This document shows, piece after piece, positions 49,494-61,595 of a stretch of 64,000 bases of DNA (its first letter is position 1; each line of letters opens with the position of its first letter). Source of the DNA: Octopus sinensis (Eukaryota); assembly GCF_006345805.1 (NCBI RefSeq), contig NC_043022.1, forward strand, positions 1,240,001 to 1,304,000. The letters are read 5' to 3'. Made by a program: the position numbers and the translations under genes. A model generated the notes under the pieces. The model was not told the DNA's origin, made no database searches, and saw nothing but the letters and a program-made list of their open reading frames with translations.

Positions 49494-49627
49494 CAGTGAT
49501 GATTAACCTGCGGCCCGCGGGACTTTCTAAATGGCACGCTTAACGGAAATGTACAGTAATGCGACCCGGCTGATGACGAACCATGTCTGATGCGGCCCGC
49601 TTCTCGAAAAAGATTTGCCTATGTCTG
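49494..49627. mobile_element. hAT (Charlie-like) MITE
   Basis: CAGTGATGATTAACCTGCGGCCCGCGGG ... TGCGGCCCGC...ATTTGCCTATGTCTG. Flanks gtgtagag / atgtaaag fit a decayed 8-bp TSD. Confidence 0.6.
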
Positions 49628-50097
49628 ATGTAAAGGATGGTTAGAAGGAAACCCGGTTGCTATTTCTAGCAGAACGAGTTACCACATTAAGGTCTTCCTC
49701 GATACACATCTTAACATTACATTCATTTATAGATTTCTTTTCGATTTTCGATTAACGTCGGTAAAGTACAGGATTACCGAAGAATTTAAATTGCAATTCT
49801 AAAATGACAGACATTTTTCTGCAGCTTAATTATGATAAGACTTGTTCTTAATGCAGTGGGAAAGAAAGAAGGCTTTCGGTTACTTATTGTGGGTGTTAGT
49901 GTATAAAACTTTCAACTATTAATTCTATATGGATCGGTTATTCATTTTAACGATCTATTTTAACTATTTTGTCTTTATTCACCTCCCCACAATTTTTTCT
50001 ACGAAATATGGAATACATACATACATTCATTTAATCACACACACATAGACATATATATATATACACATACATATATGTATATTCACACATGTATATG

Positions 50098-50132
<35 letters not shown>

Positions 50133-50136
50133 TATA

Positions 50137-50174
<38 letters not shown>

Positions 50175-51820
50175 GTTTAATGAACTGGAAAATGCCTAAA
50201 TAGTGCTGCCTTATCGTAGATGTGTCTCATTTAACAAGCTCAAAAGTCTTGAAGTATTTTTCTTTACTAATATTAACAACCATAGAATAAAAGAAAAGGA
50301 AAAATAAAAGATTAATTGGGGAATATTTAAAATTCTACATTTAACAATCTCTATTTTCGGACTTTTTAAATTGTCAGTTAATTTGAGATTAATATTTAAT
50401 AGTAATTTAGTAATTGTTCAGTTGTGGTAAACAAATCTATGATTAAGGATATTCCATCCGTCTTTTGTATGTCCAAAACTAACTATTATTAATCGATATG
50501 CCTGTCCTTCCTTTCTTTTTTGAGACGAAATGGCGAGTTTAGAGGGAGATTTGACTGCTATGTCTAGCAAACAGTTGGAGCAACCACGTGCAGGCTCCGT
50601 CGTTGTCTTGAAGATAACGGTTTAATCTTTCTATAATGGAACATCAGAAGAAATATATAGGGTTATTTGGGGGTAGAATAGGATGATAGAAATGGCTTAG
50701 GAACCAAAGGGTACCTAATTACATATGATTCTTCACGTTTCCGCTCTGAGGTGATTTCCGATTCTACCACCTCAGATGGCGGTCGGCACTGAATCATTTT
50801 TTGTATGGTTGCTCCCAGGTTGAAATTATTTATCTTATGTTTGGTTGAGACGAATGACACCTATCTGTTCCTAATTCTTACTCGTTGTTCCATACTATGT
50901 TCGCTAAAAAAAGGAAGAACGAAAGAAATCTTCGAGATCTATTGGAAGAAGTAGACAGGAGGATGCCAAATTTCGTTCCTCTCTTCTTTGGTTCCATGTG
51001 ACAATTCTTCTTATTAATTAATAAGAGACGGGGAAATTTAACATTCTATCATTTCGTTGATTTCTTTAGTAAAAGACACAAATTTCGAAGAAAAACTTTG
51101 GATATTAAGGCAATCTTTTGTTTCTCAAAAGAAAAAACAAGCAAAGATGTTGAAGCGCTTTTTTTTACATTTACTGCCACTCCCCTTACTTTGGTTGCTT
51201 TCGCCGACCAAAGTACAACAGGAAATTTTGTTGAGAAACTTAAAGGCGATCTTACGTTCTTCTGGTCCCAACGAAAACAGAAAATAAGAAAAAGAAAAGA
51301 AAAGAGAAGTCTGTTTATTTGTGTGTCACAATCATTTTTTTTTTTAATAATCAAGAATTTGGTAAAATAACTTTATTAATTATCTGGTATAGCAAAAATT
51401 GTTAGAATATTTACTTAAAACATGAAGACTTTCAAACAGAATGTATGTATTTTTTTTTAACACAGAACCAGGACTGATTTCAGACGGGCTGACTCCAGTT
51501 ATCATCATCATCATCATTGACATTTTTTCATGTCCATCTTCCATACTGACCAGGGCTGGACAGTTTTAGAGGACCCAAGGCATTCAAGGACTGCATCATG
51601 TTTGAATATCTACTTTGGCATGGTTTATAGGGCTCAATGCCTTTCCTAATGCCAACCATTTAATAGAGCAAGGGTCAGTGAACTGGGGTGGAAATTACAT
51701 AAAATGTCCCATGTTATGACAGAAATCTTTTCTTCTGGCAACCCTGCATTTGTCCAATGTAACAGACATGTTTAGGGGACATTTTTGGATGTCAACTGCT
51801 GTGAAGGTTCTCAAAACTGC

Positions 51821-52640
51821 ACTCACAAGGCTTTGGTCGGCCAGAGACTATAGTAGAAGGTGCCACGCAGTGGGACTGAACCCGGAACCATGTGGTTGGT
51901 AAGCAAGCTACTTACCACACAGCCACTCCTGTGCCTATTTATATTAGGAATTTTATTAAACAACATCATTTAAATATTTTGGTGTGTTATACTTGCTTTT
52001 TGTCCCCTTTTCAGCTTGGTCCTTTTATCAGTCTCTTTTGCTGAATTGCTAAGTTATGGGACCATAAGCACAAAAACACTGGTTGAAGAGCAGCAGAGGG
52101 GAACAAACACAGACACATACACACATGATGGACTTCCTTCAGTTTGTGCCAACTAAATACACTTAAAAGGCTTTGGAAGGCCCAAGTCAATAGCAGAAGA
52201 CACCTAAGGTGAGATACAGTGGGATTGAACCCAGAGCGACGTGGTTGGGAAGCAAGCTTCTTACCACATATCCTGCTCCTATTCTTCCTTTTATTATTTT
52301 ATTTGTTTCAGTTATTTGACTGTGGCCATGCTGGAGCAACGCCTTTAGTCAAACAAATCAACGCCAGGACTTATTCTTTGTAAGCCTAGAACTTATTCTA
52401 TCGGTCTCTTAGCCGAACTGCTAAGTTACAGAGATGTAAACACACTAACATTGGTTGTCAAGCAATGCTGGGGAGACACAAACACACACACACACACATA
52501 CACATACAACAAGCTTCTTTCAGTTTCCATCTACCAAATCCATTCATAAGGCTGCCATGCCCAAGGGGCCATATGGTGGGACTGAACCTGGAACCATGTG
52601 GTTGGTAAGCAAGCTTCTTACCACACGGCCATTCCCACTC
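51821..52640 (-). mobile_element. Cluster of three SINE family A copies/fragments (51821-51936, 52020-52280, 52295-52640)
   Basis: Repeated gggactgaacccggaaccatgtggttggtaagcaagc...ttaccacac heads and family-A bodies. Confidence 0.8.
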
Positions 52641-52729
52641 ATATGCGCATAAACTTTAACAGCAAACTCTTTCATGAACCCCACCACACACACCAAGGGG
52701 CAAATGGAGTCTACTATAGCCTTAGGTTG

Positions 52730-53238
52730 ACCAAAGACTTGCTCCCCTGTGACTTTTGTTTGTTGCCCAAAAGAAGGAAATTGGAACTGTCCCTGACCTT
52801 CTCTGCCATCCTGACCTTGCTCCCTGTATCTTTTGGCTGTTGCCCAAAAGATAGGCATCAAAATTGCCCCTCATCCTCCTTACCATCCAGACCTTGCTCC
52901 CCGTCCCTTTCGGTGGTTGCCCCAGAGGTGGCAATCAAAACTGTCCCTCACCCTCTCTACCATCCAGACCTTGCTCCCTGTCTCTTTTGCTTGTTCCCCA
53001 AGCTAATGGAGAGCCCTAGGTGCAGTCATTGAGAAGATAAAGAGGAAGGAAGCTGTAACTAAGGTCCCGGGCACCTTCCCTTTGGAGGAGCCTTTATGAA
53101 GAAGGGCTACAGTTCTACAAGAAATGCATCAAAGCGAGAGGATCCTACTTTGAAGGGGATCAGTGTTTTGTACTTATTTGAAATTAGTAAATGTGCCCCC
53201 TGAAAAAAGTCTCAAAACTTCTGGAATGCGCCTTGTGT
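52730..53238 (+). pseudogene. mariner transposase C-terminal fragment with right TIR
   Basis: IKTVPHPLYHPDLAPCLFCLFPKL (a YSPDLAP motif variant), then ...YKKCIKARGSYFEGDQ. A TIR-like gtgccccctgaaaaaagtctcaaaacttctggaatgcgccttgtgTA follows. Confidence 0.8.
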
Positions 53239-53635
53239 ATCATCGGTCCATGTTATTTGCATGGATTTCTTTGACCCTCTGTTGCCATCCAATTCTCTAT
53301 GAATTTAAATTGGAAGCTTCAGTCATATCAAACCTCTCATTAGCTGATTAAATAACTCTGTGGATGTAATTACTTTCAGTTACTCTCTTGATGGAGCTTG
53401 GCGTTCCCATCCATTGATCTTCCGAGGTTTCTCCACTCAGCCTCAATGGAAGAGACCCCTTTGGCTCAGATGGACTCTTTTATGAATTCACTTCAATCAC
53501 TTACGACAGTAACACCACAAAGGTGAACACTGTTAATCAAAAAGTTAGCTTTTTTAACTGTTAATCCATTATCGAGGAAGTTAACTTTGATAACCGTTAA
53601 TCAGTTAATTACTTCCTAATGTAAAGGAAGTTATC

Positions 53636-53765
53636 ACCAACCACATGGCTCTGGGTTCAGTCCCACTGCATGGCACTTTGGCCAAGTGTCTTCTACTAAA
53701 GCCACAGGCCGACCAAAGCCTTGCGAGTGGATTTGAAGATGGAAACTGAAAGAAGCCCATCATAT
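53636..53765 (+). mobile_element. SINE family A, 5' fragment
   Basis: accaaccacatggctctgggttcagtcccactgc...ggaaactgaaagaagccc. Confidence 0.75.
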
Positions 53766-54154
53766 ATATATTATTGAAATGGATAAATGAATTATCTTGT
53801 TACGGATTATTCAAAATTTAACCGATACCTGGGTAGCAAAAATCACAACAGAAAAAACACGGTTGAAGTTACGACCATGTGGTGTCACAACCGTGCCTTA
53901 GCGCGGTTAATTGAAGTTTAATATATTTAGTGAAGTGAAGAAATGGAGCTGAACGAAGATGCTACAGAATTCCTTTTATTATTTTCTACACATGTTTCAA
54001 AGGCCGCAAATTTCCAAATTCGGATTGAATAAGGGGACCATTTTGCAGCTTTCTCTTCAGGAAAATCCAGGAATTTAAATCTCCAAACAAATGCGCAGCA
54101 AGCAATTCGAACAAAACGCTCCCTAGGAGCCCATGGACTGGCACAAACTCTATA

Positions 54155-54470
54155 AAGACACCCTTCGGTCATGAATGACCAGGGGATAGCACCTTGAAAG
54201 TTCTCCTCTGAGGCTCAAGTCTGGGCAAGATTGCAATACCAGCCACCCCTTTCCACACCACCAGTGTTATCCAAGAGAAAGGCAAAGGGGCCGATACAGC
54301 TTGGCACCAGTGATGTCACAACTCATTTCTACAGCTGAGTGAAAACTGGAGTAACATGGAATAAAGTGTCTTGCTCAAGAACACAACACACACCCTGGTC
54401 TGGGAGTCGAACTCATTCCCTCATGATTGTTAGCCTGACTCTCTAACCACTGAGCCATGCATCTTCACTT
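54155..54470 (-). mobile_element. SINE family E, diverged copy 3
   Basis: gacacccttcggtcatgaatgacc...ccgatacagcttggcacc...ataaagtgtcttgctcaagaacacaac...ctctaaccactgagccatg. Confidence 0.85.
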
Positions 54471-54484
54471 AACACACAGATACC

Positions 54485-54812
54485 AATTCAAAATCTGCCG
54501 AGGTTGACCCCTACTGATCAGCTGGTCCTTATTTTATTGACCCTGGAAAGATGAAAGGCAAAGTCAACCACTGCAACATTTGAACTCAAGAAGAAATGCC
54601 ACTAAGCATTTTGCCCCATGAGGGGACAATTCTGCCAGCACACTGCCTTAACAATCCTTTGTATTATACGCACAAGACATGAAATTTTGTGGGAAAGGGT
54701 AAATTGATTATATCAACCCCAGCGCTCATCTGGTAATTATTTTATCAACCCCAAAAGAATGAAAGGCAAAGTTGAACTTGTTGCAATTTAAACTCAGAAC
54801 ATAAAGAAGGAC
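54485..54812 (-). mobile_element. Two diverged SINE family C copies
   Basis: gatgaaaggcaaagtcaacc...atttgaactcaag and a second gaatgaaaggcaaagttgaac...aaactcagaac. Confidence 0.7.
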
Positions 54813-54829
54813 AAAATAATAATAATAAT

Positions 54830-55182
54830 CATCATCATCATTTAGCGTCCGCTTTCCATGCTAGCATGGGTTGGACGGTTCAACTGGGGTCTGGGAAGCC
54901 AGAAGGCTGCACCAGGCCCAGTCTGATCTGGCAAAGTTTCTACGGCTGGATGCCCTTCCTAACGCCAACCATTCCGTGAGTGTAGTGGGTGCTTTTTATG
55001 TTCCACCGGCACAGGTGCCAGGCAAGGCTTGCAACGGCCACGATCGGATGGTGCTTTTTATGTGCCACCGGCACGGGGGCCAGGTGAGGCTGGCAACGGC
55101 CACGAACAGATGGTGTTTTTTCCATTCCACCGGCATGAGGCCAGTCGGGGCGACGCTGGCAACGGCCACGTTCGGATGGTTC
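54830..55182 (-). mobile_element. Family D retroposon with internal short tandem modules
   Basis: catcatcatcatttagcgtccgctttccatgc...ggatgcccttcctaacgccaacc, then repeated gtgctttttatgtgccaccggcac / ctggcaacggccacg modules. Confidence 0.8.
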
Positions 55183-55214
<32 letters not shown>

Positions 55215-55223
<9 letters not shown>

Positions 55224-56095
55224 TGATAATGAAATTATTGTGCATAGTGCTCAGGTGCACCATACACTACATAGTGTAGCTAGTGAGTGGGGGGCAGTAG
55301 GGGCAGTTCACCCCGGGTGGCTTTTCATTAGGGAGCAGCACTTTTGGATCTGCTGTAGGCAATATGTGTTTTTTGTGGGTCCAGGGGTGGCAAACGGAAG
55401 GGCTGCCCCCAGGTACACACTCCAGCTATACTAGTGGCACTACAATTTATCAAAGGTGCATGTACAGTACATAGAATTATATAGAAAAGTCAGGAAGGTG
55501 AACAGTGTATGAGCCATGATAGACATGTGGGTGGGGGGGAGGGATATCAGGTGTAGTGTTGGCGAATTTCAGGAAGCATGGAGGTTTTAAAGGATGCAAT
55601 GTCTCAGCAACTAACAACTGATGCAGGTAGTTTGTTGCATGCTTAAGCAACTCTGAGTGTGAAAAAAAGTTTCTGAAAGTCATGGGAGCTGTGCTGTTTT
55701 CTGTCTTTGTATAGATGCCCACATGTGTTAGACACATGGAGCTCAAAAAGGAGCTCAGGGTTGTTGTAGGCAAGATGGTTAATAATTTTGTGAGTGTTTA
55801 CGAAATCAGTTGCAAGATGTCAGAGCTTCAGTGTATCCATGTCAAGGGAAACAAGGCATTCAGAGTATGGTAGATGCCTGACGGAGGGTACTCGCTTGGT
55901 TCCACGTCTCTAAACAGTTTCCAGGAGGTCAATGTTCTGAGCAAGATAGGGGTTCCAGACTGGTGGGACAAATTGCAAGTGTGGCTGCACCATAGCCGTA
56001 CACAGCCTTAAAAGTCACCAAATGCCCAGCATACAGACAAACCTGCTAGCTTGCCACCTTGTAATGCGAATCAATGTGTTACATATAACTGGGCA
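55215..56095 (-). pseudogene. CR1/L2-clade LINE 3' fragment (RT C-terminus, 3' UTR, (ATT)n tail), interrupted by a small MITE at about 55270-55436
   Basis: Minus strand gives ...YTAMVQPHLQF..VWNPYLAQNIDLLETV..RGTKRVPSVRHLPYSECLVSLDMDTLKLR; homologous to 59430-60180. Confidence 0.8.
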
Positions 56096-56495
56096 ATGTC
56101 TAATTTGATCTCAAGAACGAGAAAAATCCTTGTTTTTTGTCCCTTAAAAATAAAAACCCTGCAAACAAAAAGTCCTTCTACGTTGAAAATTTAAAAAAGA
56201 TAGAAAAGGAAAATGAAAAGGACGATGACTTCGTGGACATACAAAACGGACGAGATGATCATGACTGGAAAGCCTATGGAGTGACCTGGGGCTAAATAGC
56301 AACAGCAATAACTGCTGTATCTTCCAGCCGTGGGAATCGATGAATGCGTGTGTGAATAACGTTATGAGAAAGAGGAGAAAAACCACGGTCTAAGGGAGGT
56401 AATTCGTGCAAGCGCAAATTTAATGTGGATCCAATATCTCCAGGACGGAAGGATATTGTCACGTAAAGCCGTATCGATATCCCTTTATTAAAATT

Positions 56496-56871
56496 ACTAG
56501 CAGTATCGCCCGGCGTTGCTCGGGTTTGTTTCAACCCTTTAGAATAGGAATTTTTGAAAAGTAGAAATTTTGCATTATGTAGCTTGTTATTCTCTTTAAG
56601 TGAACATTTTTCTGGTTGAAATACACCGAAAAATGGCGACACAGCAGTCAAAAAATCGTAAAAAATAGGGATTTTCATAGAAAAAAAAAGCACATTTTTG
56701 ATGTTAACGTGGTCCGATTTGAATTTTTCTTCTACGGAAGGAAGAGCAAGCCTTCTTCTATCATACTCTCAATTTTGGTCAACTTGTGCTACAGGGTCTC
56801 GGAGGAGATAGTGTTAGTTGAAGGCTACTAAACCTGCCATACACAGACAACTTCAGCTTTATATATATAGA
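56496..56871 (-). mobile_element. Non-autonomous Helitron, family H1, copy 2
   Basis: Reverse complement of 17221-17596, with intact termini TCTATATATATAAAGC ... gcaacgccgggcgatactgCTAG|T. Confidence 0.8.
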
Positions 56872-57190
56872 GCGAGATTTTATTCTTTCACTTGCTTCAG
56901 CCATTGGATTGTCAAGCAGTGGCGGGGAGGGGGGGCCAATACAGACACATTCATATACACGTGTGTGTATATAAACTAACCGGTGCTGGTTTGCTTACAT
57001 CCAGATGGCTCAGTGGTTTGGTAAACGAGGCTGATAAAATAAGAACTAAGGTTTAAAAAATAACTACAGATGTTGATTTGTTCCTCTATGTGGTGAGTGA
57101 TGCTTGCTGCAGCCTGGCCACAGCACAGTGACTGAAGCAAAAAAGAAAGAAAGAAAGAAAACGATATATGCAAGTAGGATATATGCAATA

Positions 57191-57566
57191 TAGGTGCAGG
57201 AGTGGCTGTGTGGTAAGTAGCTTGCTTACCAACCACATGGTTCCGGGTTCAGTCCCACTGCGTGGCACCTTGGGCAAGTGTTTTCTACTATTGCCTCCCG
57301 ACCAAAGCCTTGTGAGTGCATTTGGTAGACGGAAACTGAAAGAAGCCCGTCGTATATATATGTGTATATATATATATGTGTGTGTGTATTATGTACGTGT
57401 GTGTATATGTTTGTGTGTCTCTGTTGGTCCCCCCCCCCCAACATCACTTGACAACCGATGGTGGTGTGTTTACATCCACGTAGCTTAGCAGTTCAGCAAA
57501 AGAGGCCGATAGAATAAGTAGTAGGCTTCCAAAGAATAAGTCCTGGGGTTGATTTGCTCGACTAAA
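57191..57566 (+). mobile_element. SINE family A, 3'-interrupted
   Basis: aggtgcaggagtggctgtgtggtaagtagc ... gatttgctcgactaaa, then an abrupt switch to mariner sequence. Confidence 0.85.
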
Positions 57567-57950
57567 GAGTACAATGGTGGGTTTGGGTAGTTTTTAGGCG
57601 ACACTCCTGCATCTAGTCCCTGTCCTGTTCTCCGGCTGTTGTCAAAGAGTATCCATTTCTCATCACAAATAATGATTTGATGCAAAAATGGTCTTTTTCC
57701 AGCCGAGAAAGCCATAAGGAGCACACTTCAACATATTTGTTTTTAATCTCATTCAGTTGATGTGGAACAAACCCAATCTGTCTTCTTGACTTTTCCAATA
57801 TTTTACAGGTGTCCAAAAACAGTTGTGCGAAATGTTTGGAGTTCTGATGAAAGTTTTTGAACCTCTGTTCTCGGATTTTGTTCAACCAAAGCATTTAATC
57901 CATCATGCCGAATGACTGGTTTTGGCCTACCCCTTGCTTCATTTTCAAGG
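57567..57950 (-). pseudogene. mariner transposase central fragment
   Basis: Frameshifted minus-strand ORFs read RGRPKP...LNALVEQNPRT....LSSEL...TTVFGHL, GFVPHQLNE (WVPHEL motif) and PFLHQIIICDEKWILFDN (first catalytic Asp motif). Confidence 0.85.
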
Positions 57951-58225
57951 CTCACACACATGCATACACACAAATGCAAATACACACACACACAGGCACA
58001 TGTACACTCAAACAAACACATGCGCGCACACACAAACACATACACAAATTCACACACACATGCATACACACACACAAACTCACACACAATCACATGCATG
58101 CACAAACACACACACACATGCACATACCCACAAACACACACAAGAACACAAATGCACACACACAAATGCACATGCACATGCACACACTCACATACATACA
58201 CACACACACACACTCACACACACGT
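57950..58225. repeat. Degenerate (CA)n microsatellite
   Basis: Directly visible. Confidence 0.9.
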
Positions 58226-58269
58226 GTTCTCTTTTTTATAGATATCTCAGTGTCCCTATCTGCTGGAGA

Positions 58270-58720
58270 TAAGGTAGGACAAGTGCTGTGCTAATGATGT
58301 CCATAAGGTTCAAACACGTGGCCACAGCTGTTCTCAAGGCTTCAGACACACAGACTGTCTTTAATGGCATGCCAGGAGATAAGATAGGAAAACTACTGTG
58401 CTGATGATACTCATTGAGGCTGAAACATGTTGGTGCAGATGTCTTCATGTCTTCAACAATGAGACTCTTTTCCTTAGCGGCTTGCCAGGAGTTAAAGTAT
58501 AATAACTGCTGTGCTGATGATTCTCACTGAAGCTGAAACATGTGGCTGCAGTTCTCCTCTTGGCTCCAGACAATCAGATTACCTTCTCCTTAGTTGCATG
58601 CAAGGAGTTAAACTATGATAACTGCTGTGCTGATGATAGCTGTTAAGGCTGAAAACATGTGGTTGTAGTTGTCTTTATGGCTCCAGAAAATCAGACTGAA
58701 ATTTCGTTAATGGCATACGA
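58270..58720 (+). repeat. Tandem array of four ~113-bp units, each with a degenerate hammerhead-ribozyme core
   Basis: tgtgCT(A/G)ATGA at 58291, 58401, 58514 and 58630, each followed 13-14 nt later by GAAAC-ATGT (CAAAC-ACGT in unit 1, GAAAAC-ATGT in unit 4). Confidence 0.7.
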
Positions 58721-59429
58721 ATCATGGAGTATCTATTCTTGACATCATCTTTCTCCCCTTTTCCAATTTGGAGCTGGAAGTGATTACCACCAAGCTTTTG
58801 TTGAATGCTCTCAAGTGGAAAAACTTGTTTAAAGATCAAGAGTTTCTCTTTTGTATAGTATTTAATATGCATTCATTGTAAGCTGTTGGTTTTTGCAGAA
58901 TTGAGGTTGTGAACTGTTAACATCATTAGAACATCAGAACAAGTGATTTGCAGTATTTGTTCTGCTCTTTACATTTCGAGTTCAAATCCTGCTAAGGTCA
59001 ACCTAGCTTTACATCCTTCCTGAGTTGATAAAATAAAATAACAGTCCAGTTATAATGTTGATAATATAGCAGATTCAAAACCAAATTGACAAATTATCAC
59101 AGCTTAGTAACAGCTATTTCACATGATCAGCCAATTAACAGACCAATCAGCATGAAGACGTCATGTGATGCAACCTTTTAGAACCTTCTAGAACATCTCC
59201 TAACGAAGCTTATAAATAAACAAGATTTGGGCACCAAATTGCAGAGTGTTGTGAATCACCACCAAGAAAACCATCTCATTTTTCCGTATTTAACAGTTGT
59301 TTTTACAAATTCTTATTCAACCAGGCAGGCAGCAGCCATGGATTTAGCATGTCTTATCTACAGCCTGGACATCATATTCCCTGTGTCTCTTTAAGCAACT
59401 ATTTTGTCATAACTACAGAATTGACCTTT

Positions 59430-60185
59430 CCAGTGTATATGCTTTGTTGTTTGTATCCTTAATTGCTAAACCGTTCAGTGACATGCAACCAAGAGAATAC
59501 CCTCCATCAGGCATTTGCCATATTCTGAATGCCTTACTTCCCTGGGCATGGACACATTGAAACTCCGACGTCTGGCAGTTGACTTGGCAGACACCCATAA
59601 AATTATTAACCATCTTACAAACAATAACTCTGAGCACCTTTTCAAACTCCACCTGTCTAACACCCATGGGCATGTTTACAAAGTAAGAAAACAGCACAGC
59701 TCCCATGACTTTCGGAAACATTTTTTCATGCTAAGAGTTGCTGAAGCATGGAACAAACTGCCGGCATCAGTTGTTAGTTGTCGGAGCACTGCATCCTTCA
59801 AAACTTCCATGCTTCCTGAGTCCGTCTGTCTAACACCCGTGGACATGTTTACAAAGTCAGAAAACAGCACAGCTCCCATGACTTTCGGAAACATTTTTTC
59901 ACGCTGAGAGTTGCTGAAGCATGGAACAAACTGCCGGCATCAGTTGTTAGTTGTCAGAGCACTGCATCCTTCAAAACTTCCATGCTTTCTGAGATTCGCC
60001 AACACTACACCTGATTTTCTCCCCTCCATACACACGCAAGCATGTATCTGACTCATACATTGTTCGCTTTCCAGGCCTTTGTACATTACTGCATATGCTT
60101 TATGTGCACTTTTGACAAGTTGTGGTGCACCTGAGCACTGTATACAATAATTTCATTATTATTATTATATTATTATTATTATTAA
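59430..60185 (+). pseudogene. CR1/L2-clade LINE 3' fragment with a 172-bp internal duplication and (ATT)n tail
   Basis: ORF 59515-59907 reads PYSECLTSLGMDTLKLRRL...HGHVYKVRKQHSSHDFRKHFFMLRVAEAWNKLPASVV..STASFK, the CR1 RT C-terminus pattern. Confidence 0.85.
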
Positions 60186-60590
60186 GACCAAAGGCAACAA
60201 ATTAACAGAATCATTAGCATGCCAGGCAAAATGCTTGGCAGTATTTCGCCCATTGCTACATTCTGAGTTCAAATTTTGCTAAGTTTGACTTTGCCTTTCA
60301 TCCTTTCGGGGGTCGATGAATTAAGTACCAGTAATTGACTAGTCCTCTCCCCACAAATTTCAGGCCTTGTGCCTTTACTAGAAAGGTTTATTAATTCAAG
60401 ACCAACATGGGAGAAGGTTTTGTGTAGGGAATGAAATTTCTGTTAATTGATCCAGTTGTAAAAATCCTCCCAAAACAGACACTGTAGTCTGGCGCATGCT
60501 TCTGCCTGGCCGGCTCCTGTCAAACCCTCCCACCCAATCCAACATGGGAGGCAGATGTTAAATGATGATGATGATGATGATGATGTTGGC
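60185..60590 (+). mobile_element. SINE family C copy (60185-60385) and family D fragment (60440-60585)
   Basis: cagaatcattagcatgcc...gcctttcatcctttcgggggtcgat; ...catgggaggcagatgttaaatgatgatgat. Confidence 0.75.
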
Positions 60591-60984
60591 AAATGTTGGG
60601 CATCATTTTTACGCACCTGTACCTCCATATCTTTCCTTTGGTGACCTATGTGACAATTGATAGCCATCACCTCATGACAATGGTATCAAATAAGCCCCTC
60701 CCCTCAAAATAGACCTTCTGCCTATATTTATTTAATGATGGAATCTTATGTAGAACCTGGTTAAGAATCACTTATTTATGATTTGGTCAGCACAGGAGAG
60801 AAAGTGCTGCCCATGATTGTTTTCATGTCCCTGAAGATGGGAGGTTACCTTAGTCTATAGAGATATTCCACAATGCATGCAACAGAATGCTTGGACTCAC
60901 CTAAAGTACTCCTGTGTCAGATGGTTTGAATCTTCATATTTTGGCTGCATTTTTTGAAATTATAACAGTTAAGTAAAAAGGATC

Positions 60985-61595
60985 AAATTTGGAGCATTGA
61001 TGGAATTTTCCATGCTGAATCTATAAAAAAAAAAAAAGCTAAGCATAAATATTCAAATTTTGTGTATCAATGTAATTTTCCATGCTTAATTGCAGGGCCT
61101 AATTCATTTGTTCCACAAAAAATTTTAAAATAAAAAGTTAAATGAAAATTTTCAAATTTCGTGTACTGATGTAACTTTCCATGGAGAATCCCAGAAAAAT
61201 TTAAAAAACAAAAGTTAAAGGAAACTTTTCAAAGTCTGTGTATCGATGTAATTTTTCACACTGAATCCCAGCGCCTAATTCATTTGTTTGAGAAAAATTT
61301 TTAAGAAAATAGTTAAATGAAAATTTGAAAATTTAGTGTATCAATAAAATTCTGTATACTGAATCTTAGGGCCTAATTAATTTATTTCAGATAAATTGAA
61401 AAAGGAAAATTTTCGAATTTCGTGTTTTGATGTAATTTTCTATGCTGAATGTCAGGGCCTGATTCATTTTTGAAGAAAAGTTTTTGAAGAAATTGAAGTA
61501 AAAATTTCCAAATTTCATGTATCGATGTAATTTTCTTTGCTGAATCTCAGAGTCTATTTCATTTATTCCAGAAAAGCTTTTAAAAGATAGTTATA
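60985..61595. repeat. Diverged tandem repeat, about 88-bp unit, about 7 copies
   Basis: Recurring aaatttcgtgtatcgatgtaattttccatgctgaatc.cagggcctaattcatttgtt..agaaaaattt motif. Confidence 0.8.

Noticed and set aside
51049-51370. Overlapping 76-101-aa ORFs as a possible exon
   Set aside because: No recognisable domain and no convincing splice-site pair.
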